The notes beneath the pieces were generated by a model, which saw only the letters and a list, made by a program, of their open reading frames with translations, was not told the DNA's origin and searched no databases. 48,041 bases of DNA from Atractiella rhizophila (lineage: Eukaryota): positions 62,001 to 110,041 of the forward strand of contig MU271265.1 of the NCBI GenBank assembly GCA_021432655.1, written 5' to 3'. The translations under genes were made by a program, and so were the position numbers. Positions 1 to 14,161 of this stretch are shown here, piece by piece. Within the stretch, counting starts at the first letter, position 1, and each line of letters begins with the position of its first letter.

Positions 1-2889
1 AAGCTAGCTGTCCCTCTTTTCCGAAGCGAGAAAGAAAAGGAGCGTCAGAGAGATAAGGAGAGTCATGACAGGAAGAGGAAAGACTTAAAAGGAAAGGGCA
101 AAATGAAGGTAAGTTGAGATTTGCAATGGACGAGAAAGCTGAAATGGGTGTAGACAGGTGACGAAGAAGACGCCACAGAGGCAGATCTTACGCGAACATC
201 TATACCTCCGTATTATGGAAAGGTCGAAATCAAATACAGCAAGTTTGGTATTGAAGATTTCGACTTTGGGTTTGTGTTTACGATTTGAATACAGCCCTGC
301 TAAGTTTGACACAGGTTTTACAACAAGACCAAACTCAGCGGGTTAGAGACGCACGTCGTTAACTCTTACGTCAATCCAATCCTACAAGTCTTGCGCTTCA
401 TTCCACCGTTTCGCCAAGTTGCCGCTTCTCACATTGCCGAGTCTTGCGCAAAAAACGGGTGTCTTCTGTGCGAACTCGGATTCTTGTTCAAGATGTTGAG
501 GGATGCTAAGGGTCAGAACTGTCAAGCAAGCAACTTTTGCCGAGCGTTTACAGCTGATTTGAAAGGTATGTTGTACCCAGAGGAACCCAGCTTTGGCTGA
601 AGTCCATCGTTTGGTAGCTGGCGCCTTTGGACTGTTGGATATAGACGAAGGAGCCTCCTCGAACGTTCCTTATTCTTCCCTGATCCAGCTTTTCAATCGG
701 TACGTTGTCGAGACAACGAGCGTCGAATGCGACATTCCGAAGCCGGGGAAATACTGCTTGAATCGGTCCATGGTACATATGCAGACCTTGCCCAGCGTCA
801 TCAAGCAACTTTTCGAGATGACTGCTCAAACAACTGAGATTTGTCAGACTTGCGGGAACAAAGCTTTTCGGGATTCTTCATCTCTCGTCACCGATCTGGT
901 CTATCCTAGAAAGGCAAGCACGACTGCATATAACGTCCTTTACTGACTTCAACCAGCCCTTGTCCAACGAACCACCACCGGCGACCGACTTTCCTTCCAT
1001 TCTGCAACGGTCAATCAACCGCGAGAGCGTAGGGAACACGACTTGCGTTAATTGTCGTCGTCAATCACATCAGCAAAGCAAGAGAACTGTCTCCTCATCA
1101 TTACTGCCTCCGGTTTTGTCCATCAATAGTGGAGTTCAGGCACCAGAACAGCTTGAGGTCTGGCTCGATAGTCCGTCCAAAGGTCGCTTTCTTCAACCTC
1201 GAATCGAATTTTACAGGCTCGGTGAATCTATTGCGGTACGAAATGCTGCACAAACGGCAAGTAATACTGTGTATGAACTCAGGGCGAGTATCATTCTCTA
1301 CTTAGGCGATCTGCTTCTGAAATTATCACAGGCACTTGTCTTCCAAGTACAAACTGAAGAGGATCCAGCCCACTTGGTAGCTGCTATAAAAGGTATGAGG
1401 TGCCCCGCTGCATTATTATTCTGACAATGTGTCTGAAGTGCCAGCGAATTCAGATTCGGGGATCAAGAAGGATGCCTGGTACCTCTTCAATGATTTTCTG
1501 GTTCGCCAGATATCAGAAGAGGAAGCATTGTCTTTCTCAGGCACATGGAAGATCCCTTCGACACTCTACTTCACCAGGGTCGACTGCGATAACCTGCTGG
1601 ATTTTTCGACACTACCCATGAAGATCGAGCCATCTATTTTGTTTCATGAACACAGCGTTAACAGGTTCGTCCGTTTTTGACCGCAATAGAGTTGCCAAAC
1701 TGTCTTCGTAGACCCAGAGACCCGAAGCTCCACCGCGTTTTGCAGCCAAACGAGTTACCACAGAAAGGTACCATAGTCGCTCTCGATGCTGAATTTGTTT
1801 CTCTCCAACAAGTCAGATTTTAGTCTACAACTTAGATATCAGTACTCATGTGAATTGCAGGAGGAAGTCGACTACTTTTCTGACGGCCGAAAGTTGGTTT
1901 TACGACCTGCAAGGATGTCGTTGGCTCGGGTCAGCGTGTTGCGTGGAGATGGACCCTTGAAAGGAACGCCATTCATCGACGACTACATTGAGACCACAGA
2001 AGATATTGTGGACTACCTGACAGAGTACTCTGGAATCAGAGGTAGGGTTCAACATTGTTAATACGGGGGTATTGAACATAAGGTAGCCGGTGATCTTGAT
2101 CGTCATCTTTCGCGAAAGTCGCTTGTTTCCATCAAGACTGCTTATAAAAAGCTCCGACTGCTTCTAGATCTTGGATGCATCTTCATTGGTCACGGCTTGA
2201 GCAAGGATTTCAGAATTATCAGTTAGTTCTCCTTTCCACTCAAATACTTTCTCATGAAGAATCGAGTAGACATCTTTGTTCCGCCAGACCAAATCGTGGA
2301 TACGGTCAACATTTACCACCTTCCACACAGACAAAGGCGAATATCCCTCCGTTTCCTAGCTTGGTACATGCTAGACCAGACAATCCAATCCGAGGGAATT
2401 CACGACAGTATCGAAGATGCCAGAACAGCCCTTAAGCTCTACGAGCATTATCAGAATGCCATCAAGATGAACGACGAGGAGTCTAGCTGGGAAGAGATCA
2501 TGGAAGGCATCTACAATGAGGGTAAACGACTGGTATGTTCAGCCTCATTTTGTGAGCCTTTCCAACTTGGTTCGTAGAATTGGAAGGTGCCAGGAGCAGT
2601 GCAGCCTCCTCCGCGTCCAGCTCAATCTCCGCCTCCGCTCTCCATCTCTCCCCATCAATCGCGTCTCATGTACTCTCCACAATACCATTCTGGCCCGAAC
2701 TTTTATCAACCGACACCGCACTTCGCTCAATCTTTTGCTCAGCTGAATCTAAGCGGTTCAGGGGAAAATGCGAATCGACGTCTGAGCAGAAGTTCAAGAT
2801 TCTCTGAACCGAGGAGTGCATCATTGAGCCCTCCTCCAAGTTGGAATCAGGCCAATCCGGCCGGTAGACGGTACTGGTCTCCTGGATAG
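1..2889 (+). CDS. PAN2: Poly(A) nuclease catalytic subunit Pan2 (5'-partial, multi-exon): pseudo-UCH plus DEDD exonuclease domain
   Basis: Spliced translation gives [81 protein letters not shown] and [11 protein letters not shown]; stop at 2889. Confidence 0.95.
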
Positions 2890-3106
2890 CAACGGTTCGC
2901 ATTGTCATAGAATGAGTAGATACGTCCTCCTCCTGTTTGCTGTCAATGCAATGCTACTAAAGTGTGAAAACCACTTCTGCATCACTTGAAGAGAAATGAG
3001 CTGAGTTAGACATAAGGAGAAGAACGAGGGATTGCTATGCAATACAATAATATCAGTCCGTGCTACCTGGTATGTAACATCTGCAAGGGTCGAGAATCGT
3101 TTACTG

Positions 3107-5715
3107 TTATACATCTTCCAACTGAACGTTCGTAGTACTGCTGCTGGGCAAAAGCGTATAATCTCCCCTCGTAAACTTCGCTCCTAGTCTTGCCCCCAAT
3201 CCCTCCATTCTCCCACTCTGAGACTGGGCGACGCGCATCTTCATAGCTTTCGCAGCGCGGAATCCACCTGCGGCACAGATCGGCCAGTCAGTCAGCACTT
3301 TATCTGAAGGACGGGAAGGATGAGGTTAGAGAAGAAACGAACCTGGAGGCACGTCATAAACCCTAGTATAGTCCACCCCCAGCTCCCTCCCCCTCGTCCA
3401 AAAGTCCATACAGTTCCTCCGAAATCCGAGATCAAAGGGATTCGCGGCGCTCTTGCTCTTCGCCAGACCCTCCGTAGCCTTGCCCCTCGTGAACCTGTCC
3501 AAGCCAAGCACGGTGAGGAGGACACCCATGCCTCCCTTTGAGTGGGCATGCGCATGAGGGTGCGCGTGTCCAGTAGAGGATTCGGAGGAGAGCGAGGAGA
3601 GGTGGTCTCGAGCTCCATGATGCGAGTGAGAGTGGGAGTGGGAGTGGGAGTGTGAATGGGAGTGTGAAGACTGAGCCGCCATGGAGGTTCCGCCCCTACC
3701 GCCCATGTATCCGTACCGTCCGAGGTTTGACACCTCCAGAGTCGTCATTTGGGTGCCGACTTGGTAGAGCTGCGAGATGAGGAGAATGATGGTCCACGTC
3801 AGCTGTAACGTCGCCCAAAAGGACACGGCGAGGGCGAAAGCGTCGTAGTTGGATGCGGAACAAAGGGGCGTGGGCATGATACATGTGCTGTCGAAGCCTT
3901 CGTTCGATGGTTCCCAGGCAGGTGCATATTCTGTGAAGTAGGCAATGAGGAGGTGGTCGAAAGTTATTATGCCTGATATGAGGAAGAGAATGAAGAGGAG
4001 GAATTGCCGGTGATTGTTCACTCCAACTAATCAACAAATGAGATTCTTGGGCAGAAGAGAAGGAGGGCCAAACGCACTGCAGCTCCACGTCCAAGGACAG
4101 TGATGGTCGTGTCTCGCAACACAGCGATTACAACTCCTGCAGTGTTTGGATCTCAGAGGTTTCCGTGCCTTCATCACCGTGATTAGCCATCTTCCTCCAT
4201 CTCGATATCCCGATGGAATATAAAAGGAACCTACCATACAAGCCAAACAGAAGTTCTGTCCGTCATACCGTCCCGTTATGACTAAGTTTTCAATCTCCTC
4301 CTTGAGCTCAGCATCGTTCGCGGGCTCCTTGACGAAACCAGGATCGAGAGTCATAGCTCTAAACAGGTTGTAGGAGCACAAGAGGATGGATATTCCGAAT
4401 ATGAAGTTTGCAACGGCGAATTCTGTGCTCACTGTTACAATCCAAACCTATCATTCAGCACGAAATTTGAGGGAGGAGAAAGCCCACTAGAGACCAGACG
4501 TGTGAGCCACACGTATCCGACCCAAAACACGGAACCCGAAACGAGTCCAGCCAAATAAGGAGACTTGATCATTTTGTCCGGGCCACCGCTCTTATGCACC
4601 TCCAAAAGGACCTTTACGACGACATGATGCATCGCGAACGCCTCTCCGGCAGCAGCGAGGAGTCCAGTCCACCATGGCAAGAGGGCGAGAGTGTAGAAGA
4701 TGAGGAAGAGGAAGAATCCAGGGGCGAGGAAGACTGCCAATTTCGTGTTTCTCTCCGTCAGCGGTCCACTGCGCAACCGCCCGGTTTCGTCCATCCCCGC
4801 TTCCCGGAGCGCGCGATGGTAGGCAGCTTCGCTCTTCAGCTCTCTCGCCAAATCCAATGGCGTCTTCCCCTGGTTCTCCTTCCGCCTCACATCTCCTCCA
4901 GCTTCCAGGATCCGTTTGATGCACCCACTGTTTCCTTTCACGACAGCCCAATGAAGACACGTCAATCCTCCCTCGTCCGCTTTATTTGGATCCGCCCCCG
5001 CCCTCAGAAGGAGCTCTACGGACAGAGCATCGCCTTGATAGCACGCCCACGAGAGGGACGTATGTCCTTGCGCATCGGATGTGTCAACGGCGAGAGGTTG
5101 GGACGTGAAGAGGTAATAAGAGACGAGCAGGGCGGAGGACGAGTGGACGGCTAGGTGGAGGGCGTTGAAGGATTGAGAGTCGGCCAGTGTAGGGTCAGCA
5201 TTGTACGAAAGGAGGAGGTGGACGATGGCAACGTAGCCATTCCTGAAATCCGGCAAAAAATAGCCGCCGTCAACGCCAGACTTTCCCGCCAAGCGAGCAG
5301 CAGGAAAGACGAACCGAGATGCCCAGTGTAAAGGAGTAGCCTCCAACTCCCCTCCTTTTGCATCCACCTCCGCACCGTTATCTAGCAACAGCTTGCACGC
5401 CATGAGCTGATTATTAATAGCAGCCCAATGCAAGGCTGTGATATTCTGTGCATCTCTATCGTTTGCTGTCGCGGTTGGTTCCTTCGGTGCATCAGGGAAT
5501 AAGAGCTCTTGGAGAGCGTGCAGGTCGCCTTTCAGTCACGTTTCAAGCGTCAGCAGTTATACTTGGGCGAAAGGAAAGTACGGACCCCGCTGAGCGGCGG
5601 CGTGCAAGGGAGGGAGTGCGGGTGCCTCTTCGGCGGGTGGAGCGACGGTGGTCGTCTCGAAGCTGGTATCTGTCGTGGCGGATGACTTTGGTGACACTTT
5701 CAGCGGACTGGACAT
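3107..5715 (-). CDS. AKR1: Ankyrin-repeat DHHC palmitoyltransferase Akr1 (multi-exon)
   Basis: Ankyrin repeats ([30 protein letters not shown]), TM segments, [49 protein letters not shown] at 5715 inferred. Confidence 0.93.
3618..3667 (-). repeat. (His-Ser)n hexanucleotide-like coding repeat within AKR1
   Basis: + strand gagtgg/gagtga/gagtgt repeats; encodes [15 protein letters not shown]. Confidence 0.85.
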
Positions 5716-6207
5716 CGAAGTGAACAGGCTGTAGATGAGGTAAGATTCAAGGAGGAGTTGGAGTTCGTCACTTAGTTTCACTTTAGTCTGCTCTCACTAA
5801 CCACGGATATTCGCCTTTGCTTTTCGCAGTCAATGCAGCAATGGTAATTCTTATTAACATTGTTACTCTCAGAAGTGGTAATTTGTAAGAGGAAGAACAT
5901 CAATTGCGGACCGCTTATCGGGAATTTTTTCTTCATTGTCTAGTTAAAAGTCTCGACGCCTTTCGAAGCAATAGGTAGTGTCGTTTTGAAGTTGTCCACA
6001 AGCAATAAAACGTCGCGAAAGCCTGGGTAAGCGCGAGAGACACGAAAATGACCAGAAATCCTATATCTTATTTCACTAGATGTGCTGAATTTGAACCAGT
6101 ACTGCAACGGCAGACATTACAGTGAAACTACTCTAGCTAGCCTCGCTCAAGGTCCTTGATTCTCTCGTTTTAGAACACAGAGATCTCGCATTGTAAAACA
6201 TACATAC

Positions 6208-8024
6208 TCAAAGGCCGACCGCGTCATCCGCCCCTCCCTCCTTGATCTGAAGTCGTGGCATGATGACGGGGAAGGTTGACCCCCAAGTCCTCACCACCTC
6301 TTCTTCGTCCCATTCACCAAAGAAGAGCACAAGGTCCAGCCGCTCTCCTCGATGGAAGAAGGAGGAACAGTACTCCCTGAATCCACGAAATGCGATGGAG
6401 CAATACTTGATCGATATGCGCCGGAGTCCGCGACGGTGAGGATTACGATTCTCGACCATTTGGTGGAAAAAATCATATGGGAGGAGGAGAGAGTTATCGG
6501 CGTACCCTTCGAGAGATAGATCGTATAACCAAAGGTACCGAGGTATGGAGAGAGGGCGAGAAAGAGAATACAATGCCCTCTCTGGCACTGAATAGGACAC
6601 AGAGGGAAGCAAATCTAAGTGTAAAATATTGAGGGGGATGACATCTGCATCTGAATGAAAGAGCTTTTCCTCTAGATTTGCTGGAAGGGGGAAACATTTG
6701 TGGATGCGAAGGTCGACAAGATTCCCTGGCAGTCGAGCGACGATCAAGGACGTAAGGGAAGGCAGCGATCGTAGCGATATATTCGAAAACCATAGCTTCC
6801 GCCAGTAAAAAACAAACCTCGTTGACTTTCCTTCAAGTTCTTGACTGTCGACACACTCGGGTACAAGTACTGGCGATGAAATCGCCAAATCAAAGGCATA
6901 ACAAGTCGGTTCGTCAAAATGAGTGAGAAACCAAAAAATCTCCGAGCTGGTCCATGGCGCCGTGAACGAGATGGAGGAGAGACTAGGTAGTCCAATAAGT
7001 CGTGTCAGAAATTTCTGACGCTCCTCTGGATCGGATGGGCCAGATTTCAAAATACACTAGAGATGTTGTGTCCAAAGCGGAACAGCAGTGACCAATGGAT
7101 GTGGAGAAGTGAGTTGAAATCCTGCTTCGTGCAGCGTAATGTCTGCCAAAACGACGAAGGGGCAGTATTGGTCTTCAGAATCGCCAGTTTCTCTGAGTTC
7201 TTTTCTGGTTCGGATGCAAACTGAGCTCCCAAGGCTCTCATTCGAACGGAAACGTGACCCAGAGCAATAGGTCGTAAACGGGTCGAGGATCGTCTGTTAT
7301 TGTAACGGTGTCTGGCCCACAACTCGTGGAAGATCTCGTTCCAAATCTCGTTAGGCAAGCCATCGACCGTATCGCGCGAGGGGACTCGACAGAACTGAAA
7401 TAAGACTGGAATGACTGGCGCACGGTACCATCCGTGTCCATAGGTGACCCTGACAACGTCTCTCGCGTCTTGAAATGGATAGATAGTCTGATCTAGTGAC
7501 ATAAAGACTTCTCTTTCTTCCCATCCAGACTCCGCCGATAACATGCACGTCGAAGCTCTGCCAGGGAAGCTCACTCGAAAATGGAGATGAAATATCTCAT
7601 CGAAGCAAGCAATTAACTCGTCTGTCCCTTCATAAGGCAGAGGTATGATCTCAATATTGCCGCCAGCTTCATGTTTGCCATTAGGTCTATTAGGAAGCTT
7701 AGAGAAGCGACGGAAGAAAAGGCGAATTTTCGTGTATCCGCTTGCTTGCATAAAAGAAGGACTGAGAACGATCGCAAGCTCGAACACTTCTTCTTGCGGC
7801 GCGCCAGGTTGATATGGCACGCAGTGGAACATGACTATGCGGGCATCAGCATGTATTACTGCCAGAAACGGCTCAGGAAGGCTTACCGGTGGCTCACCAG
7901 CACAAATCCTTTGCCAATCGCCACAGCTCTCTCCTTCCCTTTTCATTAACACCGCGCTGCAACGTGCGAGACATGACTTGGCTATTTGGTGTGGTGTGTG
8001 GTCTCCGCAGCACCTGGTAAACAA
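6208..8024 (-). pseudogene. F-box-like/LRR-like orphan protein, split by a 1-nt frameshift at about 7047-7052 (pseudogene or sequence error); 5' end uncertain
   Basis: ORFs 7047..8024 and 6208..7050 are together colinear with ORF 14162..15811. F-box-like GLPNEIWNEIFHEL. C-terminal VLFFGEWDEEEV shared with the paralog. Confidence 0.7.
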
Positions 8025-8862
8025 ACCGGAATTGAAAGAGGAGGATGAGCAGGAAATTTAGGATACTGTTGGGATACCACGTCAAGCTGGAGTCTTAAGG
8101 CAGTAGATGATAGGAGCCGATACGTGGGCACAACGGAACTGGAAGGTGAGACCAAGGTGAGAGTGATTCTATCGCGTCATGGGATCCTTCGGAGTAAGAG
8201 GAGTGTGGATGAGGTCCATAGGGCCAGCAGCCATTCAAAGGCGCTGAGCAATGGAGACATTGTTGCTTTGGAGGTCTTCGAAGAACAGACGACAGAAGTG
8301 CTTCCAGTACCTTTTTTGGAGGTTTTCGAAGCTGTTTGTGCCCAATGATGAGACACACGCACGATGGATCGTGTCATTCTAGATCCATTTGATCAAGGTG
8401 CTTGGTGCATTCAAAGCGACCTTGGGATGCTGCAGTGCAGGGGTTTTGAGGGCATTCTTTCTCACGAGGTTGTGCACAATATCTGTATCTGCGGATGGAA
8501 ATGGAAGCTGACTTTTATTCCGTGTGGAACAGGCACAGGCACGCACCTTGATTGACGCAGGAGCAAGGCTCTCAATCAGTTTTGTCATGCGTTGTCATCA
8601 ATAGATAGCTTCAAATCTACAGTGTACTCCCTTTTCTCTCCCGAGTTCACTTAAGTAGGATTGACGCGGCTTGCAAGTCAAGTTAGGGAAAGTAAAAGAA
8701 TTGTGCAAACGCTGCGAGTATGTACTAGTGAGACCATAGTGATGGCACCGGAATCCGGCAGTGAGAGGGAAGAAGTACGATGGACGACCAAGAGGAAACA
8801 TAACAGAGGTAAATCAGGATTTTGCCATGGCAATCGATCCCAAAGTGCAGAGAGAAAACCCA

Positions 8863-10098
<1,236 letters not shown>

Positions 10099-10429
10099 GA
10101 TTTGAGCGTCGAAAGAGTCTGAGCTGCTCAGTTGCTGAGAAGGGAAAAGGTCCCGACAACCCAAATCCGCCCGCTTCGATTGTTTCTTGTCGCGATTTAC
10201 TCGGGCTGTCAGGCGTTTTCACCTGTTGCAGCCAATTTACAGTGTCAAGCCATAAAAGCACCCCAGCACCCCAACGCCTTCGAGTTCGAGCGACCGCTGA
10301 AGAGTTCGACTGGGAACCAAACGTTTCTGTTGATCGAGCTTCTACATCAGCGAGACGTCGCCGATTGATTTCCTGCTTTGCTTCAAATCCTGCTCGCCAT
10401 CGGCAGCGAGAACGAAAGAAAAGGAGAAG

Positions 10430-13400
10430 ATGGAAGTACCAAAGATGCCGACTTCACCTCAGGAGCCGTTCATGAGAACGCCGCTCCCTCTGGACATCGA
10501 CACCAAGGTCAGGAAGTTGGCAGTCTTGACTAGTGGTGGAGATAGCGCTGGGATGAATGCTGCTGTTAGAGCAGTCGTCAGGATGGGTATTACTAGGTGC
10601 GTTGGCTGTTTATGTGGTGGGAATTGCGAGTTTCGTATATTCTATGCCTGAAAGTTTCCATAATACCTTTAGCTCAAGAGGCTTTACAACTTGTATCCTC
10701 ATTTTTGTCCAGAACGCTCAGTCAAGTTCTTCAGATTAATGCGAATGTATAAAATTTTCATGTCATTCGTAATGCGATTATCGCTAGATCCTGGATCAAA
10801 ATATTATCTGTACCATCTCGTAAACCTTTGGATCATGCCAGTCCTGTGCGTCAGAACATTGCGAAGCATTGAGATCGAAATGCGGTTCCAGTTGCCAAGA
10901 CTGTGTTCAAAGTTGCAGAGATTTTCTTCCCTAGCAGTCTGATAGTGGAATGTCCTGAAATCATTCGGTGGTTACAGAGGTTGCCAAATGTACGTGATCC
11001 GGGAAGGCTGGCAAGGTCTTGTAAACGGCAATGCGACATCACAAGCACCTACACCATCAGCTCCTGCCAGAGCAAATTCGGCATTCAGCGAAATCGTGGG
11101 AGAAGGTGAATTACTGAAGGAAGGCGAAAGTGATCACATCATGAAAGGGAGGTCAGTGAGAGCTATTGTCGCATCATATGTGTGTGGGTAAATGAAATAC
11201 AGATATATAGTACCTGTTGGATGGGACGACGTCCGAGGGTATTTGAGAGAGGTAAGGAATGTGTGACGTAAAGTCGATGTCTCACCTAGAATCACTCGTA
11301 GGGAGGAACTCTCATTGGAACGGCGCGATGTGCAGCCTTCAGGACCATTGAAGGGAGGAGACGTGCCGCCTCGAACCTCATCAAGCACGGTATCGATGCT
11401 CTGGTCGTATGCGGTGGCGATGGAAGCTTGACGGGAGCTGATGTACTCAGAAGTGAATGGCCAGATCATCTAGCCGCTTTGAGGGAGAGTGGTGAGCTCC
11501 CATTCTCCTCTCGGTGGATGGCGCTGAAGAATAGGTTATCATTCAAGGCAAAATCACGGAGCAGCAGGCTCAAACTTATAAACACCTCAATATAGTTGGT
11601 CTGGTCGGAAGCATTGATAACGATATGGCAATGACTGATCTCACAATCGGTGCGTTCTGCACGCTCCATTCCTGCCATGAATTCCCCATATGATATGACA
11701 AAGGCGCTCCCACTGCTCTTCATCGCATCTGTGAGGCCGTGGATTCAATATCTTGTACAGCTTCGTCGCATTCAAGAGCATTCGTGATTGAGGTGATGGG
11801 AAGACATTGCGGTTGGCTTGCTGTCATGGCAGCTGCAGCGTAAGATAGTGGTTTATTCAATAAAGGCGTAAAACTCATCTACTTCATACTCTGTGCAGAA
11901 CTGGGGCAGATTATTGTTTTATTCCTGAGCGGCCGCCGAAAGGACACGACTGGAAGGCGGAGATGGTCAAAGTGCTGCAAGCGGTAAGTTATGTTCACAT
12001 GAATAAGGGAACGTCCTTATCGAGTAAATGTAGCATCGAGATCATGGCAAACGAAAATCTATTGTCATTGTGGCCGAGGGTGCCATTTCGCGGGACCTTG
12101 AACCGATCACTGCCAATGCGATCAAGGAGGTCCTTGAACAGAGAGGGTTGGATACACGTGTGACTACCCTTGGACACACTCAAAGAGGTGGTGCACCGTG
12201 CGCGTACGATCGAATAATGGTAAGTATTTTCTCTCGTGTCAATGCACACTGGCCGAATGCGAAGGTCAGGCAACACTACAAGGGGCTGAGGCTGTTGAAA
12301 CTATCTTGGACGCTACCCCTGACAGCCCGAGTTATGTGATTGGACTGAAAGAGAACAAGATTGTGCGCATAAATCTCATGGAATCCGTCAAAGCCGTAAG
12401 TTTACTTCCCCAAAACCGTAAAATCCCGAACAAAAGCGCAAGACTCAAGAAGTTGCGAAAGCGATTGCCGCCAAAGACTTCGATAAAGCAATGGGGCTCA
12501 GGGATAGCGAATTTGAGGATTCCGTGATGGCCTTCATAGCAACTGCTCGATTGGACGATGATCTCAAACTCCCGCTTGATCAGGTGCGACTACGTCTGAG
12601 TATAGACAACAGACGCTCACGATTGAAACGCAGCGCTTACGCATAGCAATTCTCCAGTACGAGAATACATTGGCATAAGGCACTGAGTTTGTTGATGTTG
12701 CTGCGCAGCGTAGGGGCACCAGCTGGTGGGATGAACGCCGCGACCAGAACCGCTGTTCGATATTGCCTCACGCGAGGGCACGCTCCCCTTGCAGTCTACA
12801 ACAGTTGGGCTGGGTTGATGGACGACAACATCACAGAGCTACAATGGCTGCGAGTTGATCAATGGACGACAAGGGGCGGTTCAGAGCTCGGTACTAATCG
12901 AACCCTTCCGGATCCTGAAGCCGTTGCGGCCAAAATCAAGCAGCATCGAATTGATGGAATCATGGTCATAGGAGGGTTCGAAGCTTTAAACAGCCTCTTT
13001 ATCCTGGAACAGGCTCGTCACACCCATGCTGGACTCAACATCCCAATGGTACACCTTCCGGCTACAATTTCGAACAATGTTCCTGTCACAGATTGGAGCC
13101 TGGGCAGCGACACGAGCGTGAATGTTCTGATGGAAGCTTGCGATGTTATCAAGCAAAGTGCCAGTGCAAGCCGGAATCGGGTCTTCGTCGTGGAATGTCA
13201 AGGTGGGGAGAGCGGCTTTTTGGCCATTTTAGGAGCGCTTGCTGTGAGCCTCTTCTTCGACTTTGTTTCGGACCCCTTTGATATATCTTGCCTCCAGTCT
13301 GGAGCTGTCGTTGTTTACACGCCCGAGGTCGGTATGAACTTGGCACAATTGACACGAGATGTAAAGTTTTTGCGACGCCTCTACGCAGTCGAAAAGAAGG

Positions 13401-14014
13401 GCAAGAGTGAAGGACGCCTGCTCATCAAGTGAGATTCCGTTTCCTGCACGGCGCTCTGACGTTGACTGTATGCAGGTCAGAGAAAGCGTCGAAGGTATAT
13501 ACAACCGACGTTCTCACGAACATTTTAAGGGAAGAGGGTGCTCCAATCTTTGACTCGAGGTATGTCTCTCTGGGGCACACACTGCAAGGCAACACGCCAA
13601 CGCCAAGGGATCGAGTTCGCGGCGTTCGTCTCGCAGTCAAGTGCATTGACTTCCTAGAGCAGCATGCTTTAAACCTCAAGGGCCTCAGACCTTCCGTTCC
13701 TGGAGTCGCTGGGATGCAGGATGTCCTTGCCACTCGTTCGAAGTTTGCAGTCATGGCAATTCAAGGTGGAGATGTGAAGCTGGTCAACCTTAAAGATATG
13801 AGAGAAGCTTCAGATATGAAGAATAGGAGGGGGCAAACAGCCTGGTGGTCAAATCTGAAATCGCTGGTTGAGCTTTTAGGCGGCAGAAGGGATCTTTCAG
13901 AGGTGAGAGTGGCTTCTCAGCGATTTTTACTCGTCTCTGATTTGATTCCAGCTTGATGGAGGGAGGCCTCTCCATGACCTCCTAAGCCAGTGGATTGTTC
14001 AGGAATTTCAATAG
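10430..14014 (+). CDS. PFK1: ATP-dependent 6-phosphofructokinase (eukaryotic two-half type, multi-exon); last exon approximate
   Basis: [81 protein letters not shown]. Confidence 0.97.
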
Positions 14015-14161
14015 ATTTCGTGTCAACAAAGCAAGGCTATGTAAGTTATCAAAAATGTAAGACAGAAATGCAAGGTGATCATTCTGTATTGGAAGAACTG
14101 AACATTACAAGCTGCGCGCATCTGAGCTTTCCTACTACACGTTTCAGATTTAAAAATGGTC

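Noticed and set aside
8060..8800. Separate small gene or transposon relic upstream of the first F-box-like gene
   Set aside because: Only short ORFs with stops and no recognisable domain or termini; may be 5' exons, but this cannot be supported.
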